IMG/VR virus record: IMGVR_UViG_3300010157_000040
Location: 32,001 to 96,000 of that record
Length of the DNA: 64,000 nt
Strand: one strand, 5' to 3'
From: a virus
A model generated the notes under the pieces. The model did not search any database. It was not told the DNA's origin and worked only from the letters and a program-made list of their open reading frames with translations. Position numbers and translations under genes: made by a program. Of the stretch, positions 9,799 to 19,800 are shown one piece after another; the first letter of the stretch is position 1; each line of letters begins with the position of its first letter.

Positions 9799-11661
9799 AT
9801 GGCAGCTCCTACTACTTTTTTTTATGTATATACTCCATGTTGTGGAGCTGATCCAATTTATTTTAAACCTGGTGGACCTGGAATAGTTCCCGGAACTTAT
9901 GATAAAGTATTTATATATGAAGGAGCAATTGATGGACCTGGTTATGGTGGTTTATATATTGGTCAATGTTATGGTGTTACTATAGCTGAGTTAGGTACAT
10001 TACCATCTCCTGCTCCTCAAAATTCAACTGAGTATTCTTTTTTAAACATAGTACCTTCTCAAGGATATTCAAATTTATTTCCAATTAATGTTAACAGTCC
10101 AAGTTGTGTAGGATTAGAATGTCCCACTTGTCCTCAAGTTTGTTACTTATTAGTTAGTTGTGATTTTATAACTGTACCTTTTACTACTACTACAGATTTG
10201 TCAGCTTATGTAGGACAATCTATACAAGTATCTGCATCAGATATTGGAACAGTATGTGTTCAAGTTTTAATTGCTCCAGTAGAAGTTACATGTAATAATT
10301 CAATACCAGTAGTATATGTTGGTACTTGTGTATGTGACTGTATTTGTTATTCAGTTGTAGCAAGTGCAAAAAATTGTTTATATGTAAAGTGTGATGGAAC
10401 TTTAGGATGGACAGGATTACTTACAGGATTAGAAGTAAAGATATGTTCAAAATCATATCCTTATTTACAAGGTATTGTAATGCAAGATCCATTTTATATA
10501 ATTGACAATGGTCTTTGTGTAGATGGTTTATGTCCAGACTTATGTTTTAAATTAGTAGACTGTGATGGAATAGAAGATCCAATTTATACAACATCACAAT
10601 CATTAGGTATATATGCTATACTAAATACAACAATACATATTGAAGGATCTAAAACTTGTTGGTTAATTTCAGAAGAATTAGTATGTAATTGTTCAATCAA
10701 TGTAGTTGTAACACAAACATTTGTAGATTGTGCAAGTTGTAAAGAACCTGTTTCATATCAGTTAACTGAATGTACAACAGGTGAAATAGTTTATACAACA
10801 AGTAATTTATCATTATATGTTAATCAAGTAGTTGAAAGAACTGGATGTGCAGGATGTTGGTTAGTTGAACAATTAAATTTTATTCCACCAAGTGATATAA
10901 TTATTACAGTAACTCTTTCATATAAAGACTGTAAAACTTGTAATACAAATTTTTATCAATTAACAGATTGTAACGGTGTTGAACAATCAATTATTACATA
11001 TACAGATTTATCAGCATATGTTGCTCAAGTAATTACACTTGATTGGTGTCCAAGTATTTGTTGGAGAGTTAGTACAACTAATGAATGGTTAAATGCGGGT
11101 GTTGTATTTGTTAATCAAAACTTTACAACATGTGTAAGTTGTTTAACAAGTTTTCCTTGTATATGTAGTACAGTTACAAATCATGGTACAACAACTGAAG
11201 TATATGAATATACTAATTGTTCTGCTAACATTGAAACTTATACATTAGCACCTGGAGAAACCAGTCCTAAAACATGTTTAATAAAATGGAACACTACATT
11301 TGCTACAGATACGGTAACTTATTTTGGAGACTGTACATATTTTTCTGATGCTTATGATTGTCCTGCTCCTATTTATCCTAAGAGATATGTAACTCCTGGT
11401 TATAATACTCCAGCATGTTCAATTGAAAAATATGAAAAAATTTCTTGTAGAGCTGCAGAAGTTATGTATAAAAAAGTATTAGAACAAAGATATGGAATTA
11501 CAAACTGTTGTCCTGATGATGATCAAAAATGGTTAATTAAAAAACAATTAATTGATTTAGCAGCACTACTTGATCCAGATTATATTTGTGCAATAACTAC
11601 ATCATGTTGTAATGAAGCACCTAATTGTGGATGTTCACCATTAAAGACTTGTAATTCTTAA
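9799..11661 (+). CDS. Cys-rich repeat structural protein
   Basis: 620 aa with four imperfect repeats (Y/F)xLxxC…YTTxxLSxYVxQ…CW and a Cys-rich C-terminus. Confidence 0.7.
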   Translation: MAAPTTFFYVYTPCCGADPIYFKPGGPGIVPGTYDKVFIYEGAIDGPGYGGLYIGQCYGVTIAELGTLPSPAPQNSTEYSFLNIVPSQGYSNLFPINVNSPSCVGLECPTCPQVCYLLVSCDFITVPFTTTTDLSAYVGQSIQVSASDIGTVCVQVLIAPVEVTCNNSIPVVYVGTCVCDCICYSVVASAKNCLYVKCDGTLGWTGLLTGLEVKICSKSYPYLQGIVMQDPFYIIDNGLCVDGLCPDLCFKLVDCDGIEDPIYTTSQSLGIYAILNTTIHIEGSKTCWLISEELVCNCSINVVVTQTFVDCASCKEPVSYQLTECTTGEIVYTTSNLSLYVNQVVERTGCAGCWLVEQLNFIPPSDIIITVTLSYKDCKTCNTNFYQLTDCNGVEQSIITYTDLSAYVAQVITLDWCPSICWRVSTTNEWLNAGVVFVNQNFTTCVSCLTSFPCICSTVTNHGTTTEVYEYTNCSANIETYTLAPGETSPKTCLIKWNTTFATDTVTYFGDCTYFSDAYDCPAPIYPKRYVTPGYNTPACSIEKYEKISCRAAEVMYKKVLEQRYGITNCCPDDDQKWLIKKQLIDLAALLDPDYICAITTSCCNEAPNCGCSPLKTCNS

Positions 11662-11694
11662 TAAAATTTTGTATATTATATTAATAGTAAAAGT

Positions 11695-13359
11695 ATGAAA
11701 CCTTTAAATTTAGATAATTCTCCTTGTAGTCCAATGTCATCTAACTGTGTTATATGGCAAGGTCCAGATCTTCCATGTATTAAATTATGTGCAGGAGATA
11801 CAATTTCTGATGTTGTATTTAAATTAGCAACAGAACTTTGTGCAGTAATGGATACATTGAAAGTTACTAGTTATGATCTTGCTTGTTTTAATATAGTAAG
11901 TTGTCCACCAAGTACTTTTCAAGAACTTTTACAATTTTTGATTAGTCAAATTTGTGCTTTAAATACAAGTACTGGAACAGCAACTGTAACAACTACAGGT
12001 ACAACTAAATCTGCAGCAGATACATTAGTAACAGTAGCGGATTGTTTTGTAGTTGGAATAAATTCAGTAATGAGTTTAGTAGATTATACAAGAGCTGCAG
12101 GAGTTAAAATTTGTGGTATTATTCAAGAAATAAATATTATCAATGCTAGCATTGTTAATTTAAATATAAGAGTAACAACATTAGAAACAGCACCTGCACC
12201 AGTTTTTACATTACCTTCTATGGCAGTTAACTGTAACTTAAGTGGTACTGTTATAACTCCAGGATCATATCAAATTGATCTAGTATTAGATGCACTAGTA
12301 AATGATAGTACTTATGGGTATTGTGCACTTACTAGTGCAACCGGTTTACCTTCTGCTTTATATGCATCTGTAATTTCTCAATGTATTGCAGATACAAATC
12401 TTTCATTAGTATTCGGAACACAATTTTCTATAGCTTATTTTGGAACATGGGTAGCAACAGCAAACTTAAATACAGTAGCTGATGCTATTAATAATTTATG
12501 GATTGTACTATGTGACATTTATACTTATACAAGTACATTAAGTGTAGTAGGTGTAACTACTCCTTCAATTGATGTTTCTGTTTCTGCAGGTCCAGTATAT
12601 AGAATTACTGCTAAGATGGTAGATACTGGTTGGAATGATCTTGAAGGATTTGATTATTACACAGGTATTCAAAAACCACAAGCAAGAAGAATTGGTAATG
12701 TAGTACATTTTAGAGGTAGTGTATATATTCCATTAGATAATGGTGCAGGTACTGTAGTTAATATGATATCTACAGATGCATGTAGAACAGTAATACAATC
12801 AACACCTTTTACAGGAGCAGGTGGTATTACATATGATGCGTCTAATAATATAGTATTTAATAATGATTCTTCAGTTGTTCCTGTAACAATAATGGCAGCA
12901 CCTGAAAACTTTGATGATACATATGCAGTATCAACATACAATGCTACAAGACAACTTGAAATGGTAAATGGTATTGGTGTTGCTACAGCTTTTTTAAATG
13001 CATATGTTAATGTAGAAATGACATTTGATAAAAAGTTATCAGTAACAGCTTTACAAAATTTAGAAATAAATACATTAGACACAAATAGTTTACAAGGTTA
13101 TTCAGCACCTAGACTCACTACTAGTAATATAAGATTAGGAGACTTTGTTCCAGATTATAATGGTTCTGGTACATATATACATAATGCATCTGTAAACACA
13201 AATTATCCTTTAGTTTCTGATGCAACAAATGTTGTATGGCCTATTACTATAGATGGTGCAAATCAAAATGATTTAGGTGGGTTTATGTTTAAATTAGATG
13301 GTTTAATAACATACTTAGATGCTTGTACAATTGATGTACCAGTACAAGCATGTTTATAA
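11695..13359 (+). CDS. Putative tail fibre/spike protein
   Basis: 554 aa. N-terminal SSNCVIWQGPDLPC domain and a coiled-coil. 'DTGWNDL…RRIGNVVHFRG' is a fibre C-terminal-type motif. Confidence 0.65.
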   Translation: MKPLNLDNSPCSPMSSNCVIWQGPDLPCIKLCAGDTISDVVFKLATELCAVMDTLKVTSYDLACFNIVSCPPSTFQELLQFLISQICALNTSTGTATVTTTGTTKSAADTLVTVADCFVVGINSVMSLVDYTRAAGVKICGIIQEINIINASIVNLNIRVTTLETAPAPVFTLPSMAVNCNLSGTVITPGSYQIDLVLDALVNDSTYGYCALTSATGLPSALYASVISQCIADTNLSLVFGTQFSIAYFGTWVATANLNTVADAINNLWIVLCDIYTYTSTLSVVGVTTPSIDVSVSAGPVYRITAKMVDTGWNDLEGFDYYTGIQKPQARRIGNVVHFRGSVYIPLDNGAGTVVNMISTDACRTVIQSTPFTGAGGITYDASNNIVFNNDSSVVPVTIMAAPENFDDTYAVSTYNATRQLEMVNGIGVATAFLNAYVNVEMTFDKKLSVTALQNLEINTLDTNSLQGYSAPRLTTSNIRLGDFVPDYNGSGTYIHNASVNTNYPLVSDATNVVWPITIDGANQNDLGGFMFKLDGLITYLDACTIDVPVQACL

Positions 13360-13371
13360 AATATAAATAAA

Positions 13372-14433
13372 ATGGCAACAACAACATGTAAAAAATGTGG
13401 ATGTCAAGATGACTTCTTAACTTCACCACCTCCATGTCCTACTCCTGCAGGATGTCCTGATCCAGAACCATGTTCTGAAACATTTGACTCACAATGTATA
13501 ATATATACAGGTGCTCCAATTATGTGTGGTCTAGATACAGTAGTTCCTACTGATACAAACATAGAAGTAGCATTAGTTGATACAATTACATATTTATGTG
13601 CTAATGGTGGTGGTGGTGGTGCAACTGGTCCACAGGGACCTGCTGGAATTCAAGGAGTCCAGGGTGTAGCCGGTCCAGTTGGTCCTCAAGGAACTAGTGG
13701 TTCTGCAGGTGGTGCTGGCACAACAGGTGCTACTGGACCTCAAGGTATACAAGGTGTCGCAGGACCCGTTGGTCCAGCAGGATTAAATTGGCAAGGTTCA
13801 TGGTCTGCTACAGGAATTTATGTTTCTGATGATGCAGTAGGATTTAATGGTGCTTCATGGTTTTGTTTAAATGCTGTTGGTCCATCTGCAAGTAATCCAC
13901 TTAGTGATCCAACTAACTGGGCTCTGTTAGCATCAGAAGGTGCTGTAGGTCCAGCAGGACCAACAGGTGCATCTGGTATAGCTGGTGCTGCAGGAGCTAC
14001 AGGTCCACAAGGTCCTACAGGTTCAACAGGTAGTCAAGGAATACAAGGTATAACAGGACCAACAGGAGCTCAAGGTATTCAAGGAATTCAGGGAATACCT
14101 GGTCAAAATAATCCTGCTTATAAAGTATATACAGCTCTATTAACAAGAACTGGAGCAACTGCACCAAGTGCAGTTGTTTTAGAAAACACATTAGGCACAA
14201 TTACATTTAGTTATATAACTACAGGAGTTTATTATATAAATTCAACAAATTTATTTATTTATAATAAAACAGTAATTTTTATACAACAAGAGCCAAATGG
14301 TACAAATGGAAATGTTTTATCTGCTGGATTCTTAACCCCAAGTCTTATTCCTATAACTCAAAGTACTTTTGCTGGTACAAATGATGATGATTGGGGTTCC
14401 CCAGTATCAGTAGAGATAAGAGTATATAATTAA
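13372..14433 (+). CDS. Collagen-like fibre protein
   Basis: Two Gly-X-Y tracts (~13618-13785 and ~13939-14106) separated by a small Trp-rich domain. C-terminal YKVYTALL…EIRVYN domain. Confidence 0.85.
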   Translation: MATTTCKKCGCQDDFLTSPPPCPTPAGCPDPEPCSETFDSQCIIYTGAPIMCGLDTVVPTDTNIEVALVDTITYLCANGGGGGATGPQGPAGIQGVQGVAGPVGPQGTSGSAGGAGTTGATGPQGIQGVAGPVGPAGLNWQGSWSATGIYVSDDAVGFNGASWFCLNAVGPSASNPLSDPTNWALLASEGAVGPAGPTGASGIAGAAGATGPQGPTGSTGSQGIQGITGPTGAQGIQGIQGIPGQNNPAYKVYTALLTRTGATAPSAVVLENTLGTITFSYITTGVYYINSTNLFIYNKTVIFIQQEPNGTNGNVLSAGFLTPSLIPITQSTFAGTNDDDWGSPVSVEIRVYN

Positions 14434-14470
14434 AGAAGTTGCAGTTTGTTGGTTTCTGTAACAACAACGG

Positions 14471-14505
14471 CAAAGCCCTCACACTTGTGGGGGTTTTGTT
14501 TTTTT
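14471..14505 (+). terminator. Rho-independent terminator
   Basis: CAAAGCCCTCAC/GTGGGGGTTTTG stem with G·U pairs, followed by T7. Confidence 0.8.
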
Positions 14506-14561
14506 ATACTATATTTACATTTGTTAAAGTCAGTTATTTTTAGTATATTAATATATATAGT

Positions 14562-15143
14562 ATGAGGGAGTTTAGAAAACCAGATGTTAAAGCACCAAGA
14601 TTTAGACCAGAAGTTTATAATATTTTAAGTCAAGAGTTTTTTAGCAAGTTTAAAGAAAAGTATCCTAGGTATAAAAACCTAGATAATAAAGATTTAAGAA
14701 AGATAGCAAAAACTTTTAATAATCTTGTTTATCAAAAGGTAATAGATACAAGGGATGGTATTCAATTACCTGAATCTATAGGTTGGATATTTATTGGAAC
14801 ATGTAATCAAAGTAAAAAAGAAAACATTGACTTTGCTAAATCTAATAAATATGGAGTTACTGTAACTAATAAGAACTGGGAAACTGATGGTAAGTTAGCT
14901 AAGATATTTTTTACCAATCATGCACCTAAACATAAAATGAAGAATGCTGAATTCTGGAGTTTTGTTGCATGTAGAGATTTTAAAAGATCAGTTGCAAAAA
15001 CATATCCTGAAAATTGGAATATGTATGTTGCTGTAGATCCAACAAAAAAACTTAGATTGATATATCAAAATACAGTTTTTAAAAATATGTTAAAAGCAAA
15101 ACAAGATAAAGCTTTAGAAAATTATAATGAGTTTGACCTATGA
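14562..15143 (+). CDS. HU/IHF-like DNA-binding protein (crAss-like)
   Basis: 193 aa, basic. 'DGIQLPESIGWIFI' resembles the HU/IHF strand motif. It occupies the slot before the tail ring genes, as in crAss-like phages. Confidence 0.55.
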   Translation: MREFRKPDVKAPRFRPEVYNILSQEFFSKFKEKYPRYKNLDNKDLRKIAKTFNNLVYQKVIDTRDGIQLPESIGWIFIGTCNQSKKENIDFAKSNKYGVTVTNKNWETDGKLAKIFFTNHAPKHKMKNAEFWSFVACRDFKRSVAKTYPENWNMYVAVDPTKKLRLIYQNTVFKNMLKAKQDKALENYNEFDL

Positions 15144-15802
15144 CAACAATTGGAGAAGCAATATCAAGAGTAAGAAATACTCTAAAAGCAGTTAAGGAAG
15201 ATCCTTTCTTAACTGATAGAACTATATATTATTCATTACTAAAGTATTCTCAATCTCTTATTAAAAGAGAAGACAATCAATTTAGGTTAATGAAAATTAG
15301 TTCTATCTTCTCTGTATTACCTTATATTGAATTAATAGATGTAGATAAAGTAGAAGCAGGATGTCTTGGTGTTTATTCTGAATGTTATTTTAAAAGGTCA
15401 AAAGAAAAATTACCAACCATACTTGATGGTGTATTTGGTCCTATTATACGTACTACATCTTCTATAGATGGTTCTATAGAAATGTTTAGAACAGATCCGG
15501 GAACTTGGGTATCAATGATAAGAACAACTACATGGAAATATAATACAAGAAAATATTTTTGGTATTTAAATGGATATATCTATTGTCCTAATATAGATTG
15601 GGATGCAATAAGAATGGAAGCAATCTTTGAAGGTAAGTTAGATACATGTGATGCAGTTGAATGTCAAGTAAAACAAGATCAACAATTTGCATTACCAGAA
15701 TACTTATTTTCAGAAGCTGAACAATATGTAGTTAAAGAATTAACAATGTCATTATCTATTCCATCTGATGGTCCTGATGATAGTCAAAATACTTTAAGAT
15801 AA
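15140..15802 (+). CDS. Tail ring/tubular protein
   Basis: 220 aa. ATGA overlap with the upstream gene; 'YFWYLNGYIY' motif. Syntenic position. Confidence 0.6.
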   Translation: MTTIGEAISRVRNTLKAVKEDPFLTDRTIYYSLLKYSQSLIKREDNQFRLMKISSIFSVLPYIELIDVDKVEAGCLGVYSECYFKRSKEKLPTILDGVFGPIIRTTSSIDGSIEMFRTDPGTWVSMIRTTTWKYNTRKYFWYLNGYIYCPNIDWDAIRMEAIFEGKLDTCDAVECQVKQDQQFALPEYLFSEAEQYVVKELTMSLSIPSDGPDDSQNTLR

Positions 15803-16830
15803 TGGATTTTAATTACACACTTAGATATAGAACTTTTGATCAACTTTTAGAAGATGTTTCAGTAGATCTAAACACCTTTGCTCTTGAAAACATGATAGAG
15901 CCTCAAACTCTTATTAAACTAGCTAAGAAGTTAAATTATGATCTAGGTTTAAGAGTAAATCAAACTAAGGAAGTTATATTAGAAGTATGTCATGGTAGAG
16001 TAAAACTACCTGATGATTTTTATGTATTTAATTATGCAATGATCTGTGGTGATGTTACTGTTAAAACAGGTTATGATATTGGTGGAACAAATATACAAGA
16101 AGTACCATATACAGAAGTACCAAGTACAGTAGATGTATGTTCACCAATAAGTGTTAACTGTAGAACATGTAATGCTAATCCTTGTAATCATACTGCAGGT
16201 TGTGATCTTAATCATCCTATAGTAGATCCAATACCTGTTGCATATGATCCTTTAAACCCATATGGTGATACTTGTATACCACCAAGAGTATTCATGAACT
16301 GTAAAGGAGATAAATATGAACTCATTCAAGTATTAACTGCAGGAACAACAAGAGTATATTCTAATCTTATTTCATTAAGAATGAGATCAAGTCAAGAAAT
16401 AGAATGTGACTGTCCAAACTTATATGTAAATTCAGCCAATGAAGGTTGGATTAAAGGAGGATTTTTATTTACTACTCTAGATACTTGTAAAGTATATTTA
16501 AATTACCAAGGTGCAATGGAAGATGGTCAAGGAAATTTACTTGTACCAGACCATGATCTTATCAATGAGTACTATGAGTATGCTTTTAAACAAAGAATAC
16601 TTGAAAACTTATATATGAATGGTGAAGATGTTGCTCAAAGATTAGGATTGATAGAACAAAAATTAAAAGCATCAAGAAATGCTGCACTTAGTTTAGTTAA
16701 TACACCTAACTTTAGGGAACTAGAAAATATGTGGTGGACTAATAGAAGAGCAATGTATAGCAAGTACTATGATATGTTTAAAAGTTATTCAAATGCTAGT
16801 GCTTATGTTGGTCGCAATAGATTAATATAA
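15802..16830 (+). CDS. Tail ring/tubular protein with Cys-rich insert
   Basis: 342 aa. 'VKLPDDF' and 'VYLNYQG…LLVPD' motifs. TAATG coupling with the upstream gene. Confidence 0.6.
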   Translation: MDFNYTLRYRTFDQLLEDVSVDLNTFALENMIEPQTLIKLAKKLNYDLGLRVNQTKEVILEVCHGRVKLPDDFYVFNYAMICGDVTVKTGYDIGGTNIQEVPYTEVPSTVDVCSPISVNCRTCNANPCNHTAGCDLNHPIVDPIPVAYDPLNPYGDTCIPPRVFMNCKGDKYELIQVLTAGTTRVYSNLISLRMRSSQEIECDCPNLYVNSANEGWIKGGFLFTTLDTCKVYLNYQGAMEDGQGNLLVPDHDLINEYYEYAFKQRILENLYMNGEDVAQRLGLIEQKLKASRNAALSLVNTPNFRELENMWWTNRRAMYSKYYDMFKSYSNASAYVGRNRLI

Positions 16831-16831
16831 T

Positions 16832-19800
16832 ATGGGACAATTTCAGAATACATCAAAAGAATTAAATCATAGTTTTACTAAAGGTTTAAATAAAGATTCT
16901 GATCCATCTTTTGTTGGAGAAGGTATGTGGACGCATGCACGGAATGTTGTAAACAATTCAAAAGAAGGTGACTTAGGTTCATTATCCAATGATACATCAA
17001 ATTATCTTTGTGCTACAGCAGGAAGTACAATGCCACTTATTGCACAACAAAAATTTATTATTGGTGTAATACATTTGTTTTCAGGTAATTGGTTAATATT
17101 TACAGCTGGACACAATGCACTTGGAATACCAGTAATGTCAGAAATAGGATTGTTAGAAGAATCAAGTTGTTTGTATAGACCTATTGTACAAGATGCATGT
17201 TTAGGTTTTGATAAAAGATATCTTATATCTGGATCATCTAGAAAAAAAGAAGATTGTTCATGGCAAGCATATTGGGCAGATGGTTTAAATCCTGACAGAT
17301 ATATAAATGTAGGAGATCCACAAACATGGCCATTACCAAATGAATATACTTGGTTAGGTTTACCAATTACAAATCCATCTACTGTTAACTATTATGTAGA
17401 TAATTTAGGTAATCAAATACTTTGGCCAGGTGTAAAATGGAAACAACTATGTGATGATAATGTAGGATGTGTACAACTAGTACCCGGAGTATGGCCACCT
17501 AACTGTCCAACTGTAAATTCATGTATTACTTGTACTAATATAAATGAATTAGATTGTGAAAAAAGTAGATTAGCAAGATTAATGGATACACCTTGTCTTA
17601 AAACTAGATTAGGTCCTGGTGGAGGTACATTAAAAAATGGAACTTACTTTGCTGTAATTGCTTATTTAATAAAAGGTATTAAAGTAACAGATTATTTTTC
17701 ACCTAGTAATTCACAACCTGTATATCATCCAGATGATTTAAGAGGATCACTTGTAATAGATGTTGAAGCTGACTCAGTTAATTTTAGTGAGTTTAGTTTA
17801 GTAATAGTACAAAATGTAAATGAAGCTACTATAGCAAAAAAGTTTGGTATATATTCAACTAAAACAAGAACTATACAAATAGATCAGTTACCAATGGATT
17901 TAGTAACTGTACCATTATCATTCATACCTATTCAAACTCCAATTTTTGAAAAGTCAGATCAAATTGCAGAAGTAAATAGTTACTTACTACGAGTAGGTCC
18001 AACATCTAAATTTGACTTTAACTACCAACCATTAGCAAATCAAATTAGTGCTAAATGGACATCAGTAGAATATCCATCAAACTATTATACTAAAGGTGGT
18101 AATAAAACAAGTTACTTAAGAGATGAAGTATATGCATTCTTTATCCGTTGGATATATGATACTGGTGACAAATCTGCATCATACCATATTCCAGGAAGAC
18201 CACCAAGAAACTTTACTAATGGAAATGTTTCTGGTAATGAAACTACTGATAATATTAATGATTTAAATACATTAGATAATACAGATCAATTATTTGAAAT
18301 GTATAACACAGCAAGTTCTACTGGAGTACCAACATTAATTGGAACTACAACAGATGATGGTGGTATTATACTTGATTCAGGAGATATGGGTTATTGGGAA
18401 TCTACTGAAGTATATCCTGATACTATACCAGAAATTTGGAATTCAAGTTCACATTGTTGGACAGGACCAATTGGACAATCAGGATTATATGATTTATGTG
18501 GTAAACCAATTAGACATCATAAATTTCCAGATAATTATTTAAATGTTAATACAGTTCACTTTAGAAAAAATACAGTAACAAGTCCACCAAATCCACAAGC
18601 TAATGAAGGTTTAGCAATTAGATTAATGGGTGTTAGATTTGAAAATATTATTTTACCAAAAGATAATGATGGAGTAGATATAACAGGAATTGTAGGTTAT
18701 GAAATATTAAGAGGTTCAAGAGAAGGTAATCAAAGTATCATTGCTAAAGGAATGATAAATAACTTAAGAACATATGAAATAAAAGGATCAGTACAAAGAA
18801 ATAGAATAGGATTATATCCTAACTATCCTTTTAATACTATCATACCTCCTATGAACTTATTTAATACAAATGATAATAACTATGCATATAATGATCCATT
18901 CATTAGAATGCCACATAAACCTAATGATTATTCAGTTGTAGATAATCAAACTATTCCAACTGATATTATTACTTTCCATTCACCAGATTTAATGTTTAGT
19001 ACACCTTTCTTAGATAGTACTGAAATAAAATTATATGGTCATTTACAAGGTCAATCATCTCAATATTTTGCAGAACCTAATGGTCATCCAAAATGGAAAC
19101 TTTTAGCTGATGCTGCTGTATTAATTGCAACACTTGTTGGTATAGGTGAAGCTATTATAAGTATAATTGGTAAAAGAGTATATAATCAACCAGGTTCATC
19201 TTTTACACAACAAAGACAACTTGAACAACTTATATATGGAGAAACTACTGTTAGTCAATCTATTAATAGTGCAGAATGGAATGCATATACTTTAGGACCC
19301 CTAGGACCTAGATTTATATATCAACAAAAATATAATGCATATTTTAATAGTGGTCAAGGTATACTTGACGCTTTTACAGGAACTGATTTTTTAGATGGTT
19401 ATTTAAATACTTTTAATAAAAATGGTGGTCAATATGGTACATATACAGCTCCAGCATTAGATAGAGAATTAACTTGGACTGACTATATTCCTGCTCCAGT
19501 TCAAATAGCATTTGATGTATTAGGTGGTATTTCAAAATTTTTATATTATTTTTCTGAAGGTGCTGATGTTGCATTAAAAGTAATTCAAGCATCTATTAGA
19601 TATGATCAATATGCATTACAACAAATTGGTCATGGTTTTTATGATAATATGTTACCTCCATTAATAAATAAAGTACAAAGATTTAAAATGGAAGATAGTT
19701 TTTATATTAGAGATAATATACAAGAAGTTCCATATTATTTAGGAAACGTATATAACAGTTCTAACGCACCTATTACTGTACCTTATAGATATAGTATCAA

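Noticed and set aside
11695-14433. Diversity-generating retroelement targeting the fibre genes
   Set aside because: No reverse transcriptase and no TR/VR repeat pair was seen in the window.
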